64,000 nucleotides of DNA from Azolla caroliniana (taxonomy: Eukaryota; Plantae; Polypodiophyta): NCBI GenBank assembly GCA_043228905.1, contig JBHGNT010000001.1, positions 930,001-994,000 of the forward strand. The letters are read 5' to 3'. The notes below the pieces were generated by a model. It saw only the letters and a list, made by a program, of their open reading frames with translations, made no database searches and had not been told where the DNA came from. The position numbers and the translations under genes were made by a program. Below, piece by piece: positions 1-13,095 of this stretch (positions within the stretch are counted from its first letter, which is position 1; every line of letters begins with the position of its first letter).

Positions 1-724
1 TTCAAATAAATTGGTGTGTGTTTTGGTTCGTCTTGGTTAAGTTTCTTTTCTAGTTGTTTCAGTTTCTGTGTAACTTTAGAATATGCACTTTGAATCCACC
101 GTTTTCATGATTGATCAATTGGTTGATGAGGAGGAGGAGGAGGAGAAGGATCATCAACTATTATTAAGAAGGGGAGATGGATTGACCACACACAAGGTCA
201 TCAACCGACTAATGACTCCGATTATTAATAACGAAATTTATGAATTCAGTTTACAGTGGATTTTAGATTTTCAAACGTAGGTTTGATTTTGAGCCATTAT
301 TTATGTCTATTTTGCACATTTTTGTTTTTTTCAAAATATTTTGTCTGCTGATTTTGCGTTTTCTTTTATGTTAATTGTTTTCTATATGTATTTTGATTTG
401 GGGGAAGTATGTATTTATTTGAGAATATCATCAGAAGGGAGAGGGCATTTATGTAGACAAGAATATGTAATACATATATAATATATGTGTGTGTGTGTGT
501 GTGTGTAAGAAAGACAATCCGATGAAACGTAAGCCAACACAGGATTTAGGTGCAAAATTCAGAGTATGTACATATGTATATATGTATACGTAGATACGTA
601 CGTGTGAGAAAGAGATGCCTTAAGTTTATTTAGTAAGTAGCTTCTGCTTTTTCTTTTTTGGAGGGATTGCATGTGTGGACGAATTTGCGTTTTCTGCTTT
701 TTCTGGATGAAACTGCACTGCGTT

Positions 725-727
<3 letters not shown>

Positions 728-775
<48 letters not shown>

Positions 776-806
776 ATATTCAAAGAGAAGAAGAAGAAGA
801 AGAAGA
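728..806. repeat. (AG)n microsatellite followed by (GAA)n; on the minus strand a CT-rich tract typical of a 5' UTR
   Basis: Simple repeats seen directly; the overlapping ORFs at 559-942 are repeat artefacts. Confidence 0.85.
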
Positions 807-864
807 CAACGAAGGGCAAAATATCGTGCTGTGTTTGTTGTATGGAGAGAGCTGTTACAAACGA

Positions 865-896
865 TGACGTGGCGATGACGCAATCAAATGACGTGG
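865..896. promoter_or_regulatory. Cluster of three TGACG motifs (two are TGACGTGG); bZIP/TGA-type sites
   Basis: TGACG at 865, 876 and 889, just upstream (minus-strand sense) of the CT-rich tract and a possible GTACGT donor near 603. Confidence 0.35.
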
Positions 897-2475
897 GTGA
901 CAAGTACACAAATAATGCATGGGTAATGAAGTGACCCCACACGTGCTATAGACTTATTCCTTTTAATCCACATAATTGACCTCGACCTAGAGTACATAAG
1001 CTATGTAGATAGATCGTTGGAGTGCCACTCAGATCCAATGTGTTACCGGATGAGAGATTGACATAGAGATCATGCTACTTACTCCTTTGATATTTGCCCC
1101 CCCCTAGTGGTTACGGTGAAGACGAGATCTTTATAAATTGTACCTTGCCATGCAAACTTGCGCTTCTCATTCACATGGACTTTTAAACTATTAGTCATAG
1201 TACAGACCCTTTATTTGTTCCCAGTATGGACATATTGGAATTTGGGACATAGACTTGCAGTCACTTTCATATCACATAGCCTTGTATCGACGTTAGTCCC
1301 ATGTCATCCTCATCATCGGTTGCTCAAGTGAGGGACAATTTGTTATGACAAGTGATATACATTGGTTGTTGTTTACACAAATTTCATCTATTAGCTACCC
1401 ATAGTTTCACAAGTTCAATGTGACGGTAACACATACTAATGTGCCACCTACTTCAATCAAGATGTGCCCATTTCTTGCTTGTTGATGTGTCAACTCTATG
1501 TTAGGATTCAACTTTTTAATGTGCCAATATTGTTATTTATTATCGGGTTTTGCTTTCGCACCATTTATTTTCTTCTCTTTCTCGTGTGTATTATGTGTGG
1601 TTTATTTAAACCATACATGAATCATTGGACTTCTTGAACATATGACTCTACATCCATGTGTCCACCATCCATAATATTATCTTTTTTTGGCATTAGAGTC
1701 ATGGTATACTCTTTGTTTTATCTTCTTTGTGTTGAAGTACACTACTCTTAATGTTCTCTTAGTGTTCCTTATGTAATAGACACATATATCAATATGATCT
1801 TTGAATGAATTATATGGAGAGAGAGAGAGAGAGAGAGTATGAACTTAAATCTGCGGGAAGATGTTCAAGAATATGTTTCAATGATTTTATCATGAGTCAT
1901 GTAATGACAAGGTGGGCATTCTTGATCTAAGTTGTAAATTAGATGTCACAATAGTAGAAGAAATCACATTCTTAAGCTTAATATAATCTACAAATTAACA
2001 TACTTCACTAGCAACACATGGTTTCTTGGTTGAATTCGATATCCTCATTGTTCTCGTGAACTACAATAAGCCATCCGGATTTAAAGTAAAAGGTTGGGTT
2101 TGTAAAAAAAGGTTTCGGTATTCGTTGGGTTTGACCCCATATGTAATTGCCCATAAGAGTGACATTATAGTAAGTGAAACTACATTTTCTAGAAAGTTCT
2201 AGAAGATTGTGGAACTTTATGTTAACTTACAAGAGATACTAACATGCTCTTGAATGTTGTGCATCTATATGGAAAGTTATTGGAAGACAATAGAAGGCTC
2301 TATTGAGACATGGAAATAAGTAATGAGCTTGTATAAAAGGAATTACTAGAGGAGAATATTTTTCTATGGTAGATCAACACCAATTATCAAGCAGGTCTCC
2401 TTTCAGTGCACAACTTGTATTGCTTTGAATATATTTGCTTTGTGTATACTATGTTCTTGCCATGCCTAGTGTTGT

Positions 2476-2929
2476 TGTTAGAGCGACAGTCTAACGTAAC
2501 CATATGATAAGGATAAAAGATATAAGAAATAAGAAAGGTAAGAGAGAAAGAAGGGTGTCGAACCATCCAACCACCCCCGAGCGAAGGGATCGAGACGGAC
2601 TCGAGCCTCGATCGGTGTCCCATGCCGCCGTCATGGCGTCAGGTCGTACCTGGTGCTAGCGCGCTCGTTACAAGAGTTGACCCACCACAAGAACAGAGTC
2701 TCGACGTAGTCAAGAGATGATGAAATGAGGGTAACTAGGGCTCATATTTATAGTGATACCCAAGGCCCCCATGCAAGTTCACACTTGGACTAATGGGTTG
2801 TCTCAATCTCGAGGATTAAAAGTAATCCTCCCCTTCTTTACACTCTCGTTTGCCCTTACACTTATCCACGTGTATAGAATACTACGGTAAATTCTCACCA
2901 CGGGATATTATATGGTCATGCCCGTAACA
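2476..2929 (-). mobile_element. Solo LTR (454 bp)
   Basis: TGTTA...TAACA termini; 5-bp TSD GTTGT at 2471-2475 and 2930-2934; CTATAAAT on the minus strand near 2750. Confidence 0.75.
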
Positions 2930-4629
2930 GTTGTCTTAGGTTTGTACCATCCCTTCCTTCCCTTGCACTGTGAACTTACTACTCCAACCTATTCACTTAT
3001 ATAAAACCTCTATATCACATGTGCTTAATTATTAATGAAACCATTATGATAATATGTGCAATGTAGGTTTATGTATGTGAATGTAATGCATTCGTTGAAC
3101 TAAACGAGCAATCTAACTTTCATTTGTGAGCAAAATTGATGTGTTTGGAATATATCATGACAAGGATTCCATGTAAAGAATAAAAAATTGTGGGGACCAA
3201 TCAACAAAAAAAGCATAAGAATGAGTTTCTAAATTTAATGTTATAACTATTCATTGGACCATGTGGATGAATAGGTTTTGTAATGTCACTCAATTCGTAC
3301 CTTATAGGAAAATGTTATGCCACTGAGATTATCTAAAAGAAAGTTTTCATCTTCAAATATTATATTGAGCCTACAATGCAACATCTCGTTGCTCATTTAG
3401 TAGTTCTTATGAGTTAGAGGAGGTTAGAGAGAGAACGAGGGATTACATACCCTTCTTCCTTTTAGTTTTGGCCTTCCTAACAATCACAAACAACAATAAC
3501 TATGTTCTAATGTGTAGGGATGTCAAACAACATAAAATTCAAGAAACATGCATAGAAAATGAAATTAAACATGAATTATTGTCATTACTAAATATAGGCG
3601 TTGATGTCTCATAATATATTCATGGCATTGTCTCCAAATGTCCATCACCACACCTAGAATTGTGTCTTCTCATAGGCTTGTAGTGCCAGCTTGATTATTA
3701 TTGGGCCTTGCCATGTGGCTAGTCTAGGTTGAGTAATAAGCCGAGCTCATGATAATAGGCAACACATTATTTGTGCTCAAATTTGTGCCTTGTAAAATGT
3801 CACAAGAAGGATCATTCTAGCTAGATGCCACCTAAACCCTATCATATGGCCTATCATTTGACAGAACTTAATAAAGAAGAATATAGAGGCCACGGGGGTT
3901 GGTTTGGAGTTGCGGTGTTAAAAGTTTTATTTTTTATTTTTTGAGGAGCAATCCCAAACTTTCTCCACATTAGCTAGGATATGAATATTCTAGATGTATG
4001 AAAGACTAAAGGTTGGATGCAAATTTAGCTTAATGTCGTGAATTAAAATTTCTTTCTATGTGTACACCTAAGGGTAAGGAAATAATCTATAGGTCTCGTA
4101 TATAAGGTGTGTTACAACATGTGACTTTATGTGCAAGTGGCAACTTACAAAGCCTAAGACCTTTTGGTGTTGCTATAGGAAAGTCTTGATCTGCTTATAG
4201 AAAAGTGACGTTCTACTTAGAAGGGTAACCAAACCCCTTGTTCGGGATTACAAAGAGAAAACACACAAGACAAACTATAGATTAAGCCATCCTTTAAAAA
4301 CACACAAAGATGCATACTTCTTACTACTTAGAGATGATTAAGCCATCCTTTAAAAACAGAAACAAACAAAGAGTACATGTGTGTGAGGACTATTAAAGAA
4401 TTCATATAAATGCACATCAATATAGAGGTCAATAACATTAAATGTCTTATACGTTAATGCACACATATTCTACATTGATAATGAAAAGCACCGTGTTTAT
4501 ATTTTCAATGAATGTTATGCATAATATCTTTATCAAAAAGTCCTCTTGAAGATCATGTTCATTCTCATAACGTATAGCTAATGGAGACATTTGGACCTTG
4601 CCTTTGAATGCCAAGGGATGATTAAAGTC

Positions 4630-5043
4630 AAACATTAAACAACTACAATACATCTTTTGTTAAAATAAAAAATAGTGGCCCAATGGTTCATGGTGCCTCC
4701 TAATCCTGAGCAAGACCCTCAAAGTTTATAAATGCTAGAAGGTCGTGCATGCCATGTTCTATTAGATCTCCAATGCAACAGTAGTTACCACAACTAAATT
4801 TAAGTTTGCTCTAGATCGTTATTGCAACAGTATACATTAAACATTAAACAACTACAATACATCTCTAGTTAAAATAAAAAATTGTGGCCCAATGATTCTT
4901 GGCCTGGCGCCTCCTAATCATGAGCAAGACTCTCAAAGTTTATAAATGCAAGAAGGTCGTGCATGCCATGTTCTATTAGATCTCCAATGCGACAAAATTT
5001 ACCACAACTAATATTAAGTTTGATCTAGATCGTTATTGCAACA
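4630..5043. repeat. Diverged tandem duplication, period about 209 bp
   Basis: aaacattaaacaactacaatacatc...tagatcgttattgcaaca starts at 4630 and again at 4839. Confidence 0.85.
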
Positions 5044-5921
5044 TTATTGATTACAAATACATTAAGGCTTGGAAAGATCTCATCTCACCACTATAAATAA
5101 GGAAGTGAATTATTGTAGTGTTCTCATCCAAACAACAAAACACCAACCCTTATTGCGTAACATCCTTGAGGCCATATCAATGTAGAGAGACTACTTCTTT
5201 GCAACCCATTATGCAGAATATTCTCAAACAATACATGTTGTAAATTGTACAACAATATACAAGGTCAATGCAACACTATTTTCACATAAAAAACACATTT
5301 GTCCATTCACCACATGATGTGTTTTGTAACATGTGGATAAAATCTATCATCCTAACAATACCCACAGAATGAAGATCAGTTTGGTGTGAACTTGCAAATT
5401 AATCATTATTAGAAGCAAAATGATGTTAAAAGGATTTGAAGGTTTGTGTATATAGTTGATTAGAGGTTTGTATGTTGATAACGGTTATGCACGGTCCAGA
5501 GTCCAAACCTCCAACTTGTGACATTTTATTGTATAAATGTGATTCTTGGGGTGTGGACCCATGCGACTTTTGAGCGCTGAAATTGAGATGATGTTCATTG
5601 GATTTGACTTGCATAAATATATAAATAGGATTCTAGGACTTTCTAATGAAGATCATCCAAAAGTTGGCATCATATTCTCCAATCGTTCTTAAAATTATTT
5701 AGAGATATTTTATAAAATATAAATCTTATAATCTCATAAAAGCCCACGCATTAAGTTATTTAGCTCGTATTAGTATCAATGCAACATCAATAACTTTTGT
5801 AAGTGGCCCCCACTCATAAGGGTATAGAACAATGTTTTGCACTTTAATTTTATATTAGAGTTGTATATGGATGGGGGATGTGTATTTATTTCAAAGAGAG
5901 ATTGGGTGCATTATGATGTAG

Positions 5922-6465
5922 TAGACTTAGAGATTGTGGGCAACCATGTACATATGGATGCAACATGCTATATATTTACCTCAAACATATATCTTTGAAG
6001 TAATTGAGAAGTATCATTTGTGCTTGCATTATCAAGCTTTACTATAAATATCCTCCTTGAGAACACAATTTGAACACAGTAATAGAAAAAAAAGCATTCT
6101 TCCATGTACATCATAGACTTAGAGATTGTGGGCAACCATGTACATATGCATGCAACATGCTATATATTTACCTCAAACATATGTCTTTGAAGTAATTGAG
6201 AAGTAGCATCTATGCTTGCATTATCGAGCTTTATTATAAGTTAAATATCCTCCTTGAGAACACAATTTGAACACAGTAATAGAAAAAAATCATTCTTCCA
6301 TGTACATACGCATGTTGCATACTATATATTTATGTCAAACATATGTTTTTGAAGTACATAATTGAGAAGTACCATCCACGCTTGCATTGTCAAGCTTTAC
6401 TATGAGCTAAATGTCTTCCTTGAGAACACAATTCGAATACACTGTTAGAAAAAAATTGTTCTTCT
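5922..6465. repeat. Tandem repeat of about 190 bp, two full copies plus a diverged partial third
   Basis: tagacttagagattgtgggcaaccatgtacat...ttgagaacacaatttgaacac recurs at about 5922, 6113 and (partially) 6300. Confidence 0.85.
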
Positions 6466-9288
6466 AGCAAACCAAACGGTTTTGTTTGAGATCTTCATAG
6501 ATGTCCTATACACCTATTATAAATGGCTAGATTTTTCTTGAGGTTCTATACACACAGGTCATGTCCTTCTTATGTGAAGAGTGATATTTCCTAGTAAAAA
6601 CATAGAGGAGAATCCGTTAGAAATATATTGAGCAATAGAGCACATCAAAACCATCCACTGAAGTTTGACCAACATTGTGGTTTGTATCGGTATTTATTAG
6701 AATGCCTATTTCCTTCCCAATAAGAATTTCAATACACATCTTGCAATTGTCCATAACATCAAGTAGAAAATATGAATGTTGAAAGAATACAACGAAGTAG
6801 GAGGATTGTAAATATATAGTCATTCTTTCTTATTTTATATTTTATTATAAATATATAATTTACATGAAAATCGTCTCTTGTAGTTTTGATAGCATTGGTA
6901 CATTCCCCTCAATACATCAAGTTTGAGCATTGTAGTTCTAGTAACATCAAATTATCCCCTCATCAATCAAAGTTGTGTTGACTCTAGAAGATAAAGAGTT
7001 TTATTGAACTCAAAGTATGACTTTGTGGAATTTTAAAATAGAAACTATTTGAGTGGGATGAATACTTTATCGTAGTAAGGATTAGTATCTTGTTAACTAC
7101 CCAGTGTTCCCATCATTGGTGTTGGCATGCATTAGGAGGAAAGAGAGTCAATATAATGTAGGGAAGGATCTTGTATCACACAATATGATAGGGGACAAAG
7201 AAAATTGCACTCAAGTTGTAAAGAGGTATTAAAGTTAATGAAATGATTCACAACATTCATAAGGAGCTTACCTCTCTCCCAACCTATGCTCATAGAATTA
7301 GGGAAGATGGCTTTGATGGTGTGGCCAATGAAGGATTGCGGAAGTCAATAGATGACTTGGACTCATTCATGTTTCTTAGTGTGTGCTTATTATCTTGAAT
7401 CACACAGGTACACTTGTAACTATTCATGTTGTATATGTGGGGAGTAATGTGTTGTCTACGTCGACGAGAAATGTGTGTGCTCCTCAAAATGCAATGTGAC
7501 TAATTGTAATGTCTTTCAATTTGTGTGTGTGTTTGTGTGTATTCACATGCAAATGACCTTTTAGATTGTGTGAGAATATCTACAAATAAATGTAGTAGTC
7601 TATGTTTGGGTGTGCTTGTGCACTTTTGTGTAAGTGTTACGTGTTAAATGTGCGTACAAACACATGTATGTAAATGTGCTTGCATTCGACAAGATTGTGT
7701 GTAGGATGTGTATATATGTATGGGTGGGGGAAATGTGTATGTGTGTGTGTTTGTATTGCCGACATCGGAGGGTATTTTGGAAAAATAAAGTTTCCTGCGG
7801 CCTCTCTCGCCTATGCCTACCTTGTGAGTAAGGTTCCTTCCTAGGGGGGTGATGTGTGTGAAAGAGGGGGGGGGTAAGTAGAGGTATAGTGAGGTGTGAA
7901 GTTTATATAGATGACGAGAAGTTTCAGGATTACTAGTTGGTAATTTGGCAGGCGGCGCAATTTGAGCCCGAGTTCAAAAAAAATTTGGCGCTTTTTAATT
8001 GAGCTACTCCGACAATAATTCTGACAGAATTTGCGATGGAGAAATCCGTGCAGCTGAAGTGGTTTTATCACTAAATCATCGTTAGGGCCCCTTAATTCAG
8101 TCCAAGGAATCGTTCTAGGGCCCCCTAATTCAGCCCTTGGGCCGTCTAAACCATCCCTAGGCTAATCCACCTAAATCTAACCTAGGGAACTCCCTAAATC
8201 GACCCTAGGCCAATTTGGGAAATCAGCCCTATTTAAGGCCGAGTTTAGAAATCAGCACTAGGAATTATCCAAATTCATCCTTAATTAGGTCAGCCAATTC
8301 AGATTCTCCCTTGAGCCTAGGAAAGTGTTGGGCTATACAAAGGGGACTAGTTACACCTTTCATTATGGAATCTTGATATGTTGTTGAGATTCTATTTGTA
8401 AGACAAAGCTCTATTGTTTTGAATTTGTTTGCCTCATCATCCAAGGTATAACATATAAGGTAATGTTTGGTGGTATGGGACACTTGAAGGTATTTTATGT
8501 AGTTCTCTTATCCTTTGCTTATGGTTGTTGGTGTGATTAAAACTCTTAAACCATTTTCTTCTTAATTTGAATATTCATTGATTATCATTGGTATTTGGAT
8601 TGACAGTATACTATCTGAAAACTTTATACAACACTATTGATATGTTTTCATTTACTTTGGGTGTAGTTGGCCAAGGCAACAATGTTAAAGTAGTGTAAAG
8701 TCAATGGTGAGGTTTCATGATGCTATATGCTTGGATTGGTGTTGATCCATCATTTGGAGGGGCTAAAGAGGGCCACATTTTGAGCATCTTGTGTTGAGGA
8801 TTTCTCTTGTTGGTAATTGATGGCATATTATGGCATAGTTGAACTGAATTTTCAAGCATCAAGAGTTTTCGTGAGATTTGTTACTATTATGTATGTTGTT
8901 GAAGCTTTTTTGAGGTAATTGCAAGCAAGTAACAAATATATGAAAGAGTGTTTCTATTTATGAGATTTGTTACTCTTATGTATGTTGTTGAAACTTTTTG
9001 AGATAGTTGCAAAACAAGTAACAAATAGCTAAAAGATGTTTCTATTCCTCGAGGACTTTGATGACAAGGCCCTAGGATAAGAGAGATAGGCCACAAAGTA
9101 CCTGAAACAAAAGCATAGTACATTTAAGCATGGCATCTTGTACATTAAACGTGCCATACGATGAAATTGGGGTAGACGGGAGTGCTTATCCTCCCATACC
9201 AAAAGACAAGATGTTGCCAATTCCTCTAATTGCAAATAAGTTGTATTTTCCCTTTCAAGTGATGGTTGCTACTCTAAAAAGTCCAAGA

Positions 9289-10244
9289 CATAGTACGTAA
9301 AATTCGTGTTCGTCTGCCATATCATTCGTTTTCCTACATTGGAAAATGAACACGAATGATATTCAAATATTCGTGTGTTTTTTTTTTCCTTTTTTTGTTT
9401 TTTCCCTCTTTTTCCCTCTTTTACCCCTTTTCCTCTGCACATCAACGTAACGTTACGCTCTCTCTCCTCTCCCACCTAGCCTCGAACGATTTGTTGCTTG
9501 AATGATCTACATACCAACGAGATTCAGGTATATTTAGGGTTAATAATAGGGTTTAAAGTTGTTTAAACTTTAGGTCATAGTATGTACTATGTAGTATGTG
9601 CTATGTAGTATAGAAATTTCTGTAATTTTTTAATAATTTCTGTAAATGTTTTGTAATTTCTATAATTTTTTTGTAATTTCTCTAAAAGTTCTGAAATCTC
9701 TTTGTAATTTCTGTAATCTCTTTGTAATTTCTTTATAAGTTTTGAAATTTCTATATCATTTCTTTGTGATTTCTGTAATTTTTCTTTTATTTGTTCTATA
9801 ATTTCTGTAATTTTTCTATAAAGCTTGTAATTGCTTTAATTTTTCTATAATTTCTATCATTTTGAAAATGAGAGCCTCACCAATGTGATGGCTTATCTTG
9901 ATGATAATGCATAAGATGAGGATGATGATTTTGAAGATGATGATATCACCTTGAATGAAGATTAGGAATGTTCGTTTTGATGTAACACCTCATTGAATTT
10001 TTTTGGAAGACTAGGCATTTTGGATAGTTGTTATTAGAATTTACGAAAAAAAGCATATTGTTATTAAGAAGGTAATGTGTTTTTTTTTTGCAATTTTTAA
10101 AACATATTTACCATGAAAAAATATTTACCTTATAGTAAATCATTTATCCAAAAGTATGGTATTTATCATACTTCGAGGGTGTTTACCATTCTTGAATGAT
10201 TGAATCATTCTCGAGTACGAATGGTACGTATGGTTCATACTATG
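9289..10244. mobile_element. Non-autonomous hAT-like DNA transposon (about 956 bp)
   Basis: Short TIR CATAGTA/TACTATG; 8-bp TSD GTCCAAGA (9281-9288) / GTCCAAAA (10245-10252); subterminal ATTCG/CGAAT motifs; internal AATTTCTGT-like tandem tract at 9615-9860. Confidence 0.65.
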
Positions 10245-11308
10245 GTCCAAAACACTCTTTGCACTTTTTATTTGTGTATGTTATGCCCTTAATCATTGTT
10301 AGACTTAATACGAACACTTTTGATATTATATATAACTCCAATATGTTACAAAGCAGTTCCAAGATTTGGGACAAAACCAAAAGATTATTTGGGACAAGTA
10401 GTGACAAGTCGAAACTACACCCATCTAATATCAGGGGCAGAGAGCACCAAGCACCAACTTTTGAAATCTGAAAATGAGCAAATGAATGTTCATTCCCATA
10501 CATTCTCCTTATATATGTCTGATATAGTTGTCGAGACTAGTCGTCGTTGGGACAAATTGTTGGGTTTAACTGTTTTTTGTTGCCTAGCTCGTAGTTTTTG
10601 CTCCACTTGTTTCCTATATGATATCATCTATTTGTTCAGATTTTGGTATTAGCCTTTGTATCACAACAGAAGTGAGATGAAATGTCTCCTTTTGTTTTCT
10701 ATATGTACATTTTTGAAGTAATATACTAAGGTGTATCTTTCTTTTAAATAAATAAAAAAAGTTGTTGGGTTTAAATGTTGGGCCTTAGAGTTGGGACTAA
10801 CCATAGAAGCATGCTCATTGGGACTAGACTAAGTTGTTTAGTGAATCCCAATAAGTTTTGGGTTTGTCTGCCAATTGGGACTGATTGAGTGCACCACAAT
10901 GTATTATCATTTACCACATGCCAGCAAGACGCTACAATCTTCGTCTTTCCATGTTTGATACCTTCTCTTTTCAATGATGTAAACAATAATTTCTACCCAT
11001 GATTGTTGTCCCTCAAACATAGCCTTAAGAAAGAGAATATTTGAGCCACCATATTCTCATATAGATTTAAAAGTGTCGTTCCACTATGTTTTTTTGGAGT
11101 ACAAAGATGATTTCATGCCACCCAATCAAGGCATGATCTTTCTTTCCTCTTCCATAATGTGGAACCACATTGTGGTTGGCAACTTAATAGCCTTTATAGA
11201 CTAAGGCAAAAATGGTATATAATACCATGTTTACTACCACCCCTATCCAACCAAGATCATCTAAATTTCTTTCTATACAGGGTTTGAGTCCAAGCATGTG
11301 CATGGGTG

Positions 11309-11369
<61 letters not shown>

Positions 11370-11399
11370 GTAAAATCATACAATTATATTAATTGTATG

Positions 11400-13095
11400 T
11401 AAAATACTCTTAATTACAACACTTCTTAGTCTCCTCTACCTATCATATGCCTATGTAGGGAGAGGGACGTTCTGTAGGGAGAGGGAAGTTTTGAACATAT
11501 TGAGAAAAAACCCATTGTTGAGGTTGCAAACAACAATGGGTTAAAACTTGTCAAATGTCCAATAAGTACTTCCAAATGGTACAGGTTATAGGACATTTAA
11601 TGAACCTATGTGTATTATCCTCCAATGGAACAGTGCAAAAGAAACAAGTGCCAGACCCTAGTCCTCACCCATATACAATCCCCAATTGAAATAAACGATT
11701 GAATTGAGATCTCAACTTCTCTTTCCCATGCCAAAACAACACTCGAGAGGAAACAAGCAATTCATTTTGTAATGAAATATTCTTAATCACTTGATGGTCC
11801 CCTTTCAAAAAGAGATAATGCATCTTGCCATGATCTTACCAAATGTTGTCCACATATAAAATGTCAAATCTTTAGAGGAATACTTCCATTGAGTAATGAC
11901 CACCAAGATGCTTGAAACTTGGTTTTCCTGTGCACCAATCCTTTATGCTCAAAAAAATATTGCATCAAAGATATCCATGGTTGATCTTGTTGACATCTAT
12001 CTCGTAATAATGCAAATCTACGAGCCATCAAATGTCTTTCCAAATCCAATATTGTTGCACCACCTAACCTTTTAGGAGTAGCCAAATGTTCCCATTAAAT
12101 CCATGTAACTCCTATCATTTCTCCCTTCCGCCACAACATGAACCGAATAGGTTGTAACATGTTTTGTAATGCCTTCTTAGTCCAAGGTAGTAAAGGCAAA
12201 AAATATAATAACATGGGTATCAAGATACATTGCACCACTTTAAGTCATACATGAAAGGGTCATAATTGAAACTTCCAATACATAAATTTGTCCTTCAATT
12301 TACTACCAATTCAACCAATCAATTGCGCATTTGTAACATTGATACCCAATGGATAACCCAAATGTCGATAAATTGATCCTCGTGTAATCACTGACCCTCA
12401 CCATCCCAAACATTCCAAATCACTATCCGTACAAGAAATAAGGCGAGACTTCCTCCAATTTATATACAACCCTGAAGCCAAAGCAAATTGATCCCAAACT
12501 TGCATACTTCATTCAAGATTTTCTTTTGAGGCTTGTAAAAACATAAAAGAATCATAAGTCAATGCTTGTGCCACCAATTGTCCACCAGAAGGAAGATGCA
12601 AACCCACAATATCACCACTAGCCGCAATATTTGACAACATTACTAACAAAGGATGTGTAACAATAGCAAATAACAATGGGCTTAGTGGACATCCTTGTTG
12701 CACGGATCTAATAAGAAACACTTTCGGAGTAACTCCGCCATTTAGCATCACACGTGAGGTTGCCTTTTGCCCTAACAAAAAGATAAGTCGACACATACGA
12801 GAACCAAAACCCATATTATATATCACACTTGAGAGGAAAGACCAATTAACATGATCATATGCTTTTTCCAAATCTAATTGCACCATAACCATTTCTTGAT
12901 GTATATGTCGAGCATAATCAGTAGCCATTTGAATATTCAAAACATTATGCAATATATTTCTACCTGTAATAAAACCATATTGAGATGGATGAATAAGTTG
13001 AGGTAAGAATTTCTGAAGTTTGTTGGATAATATCTTTGCAAACACTTTGTATAACCCTCCCATCAATGAAATAGGCCTCCATTGATGAAATGACT
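11400..13095 (-). mobile_element. 5'-truncated, degenerate L1-clade LINE (RT and C-terminal zinc-finger region)
   Basis: WRPISLMGGLYKVFAKIL, SQYGFITGR, DLEKAYDHVNW, QGCPLSPLLF, then TPKRLGG and a C-x2-C (CFFC) motif; stops and frameshifts present; boundaries approximate. Confidence 0.85.

Noticed and set aside
559-942. ORFs with SLSLSL / REREREKKK tracts
   Set aside because: They are translations of (AG)n and (GAA)n microsatellites with no domain content
930-1345. Possible Gypsy 3' end (GAGGGACAATT followed by TGTTATGACA)
   Set aside because: No recognisable protein motif, partner LTR or TSD found
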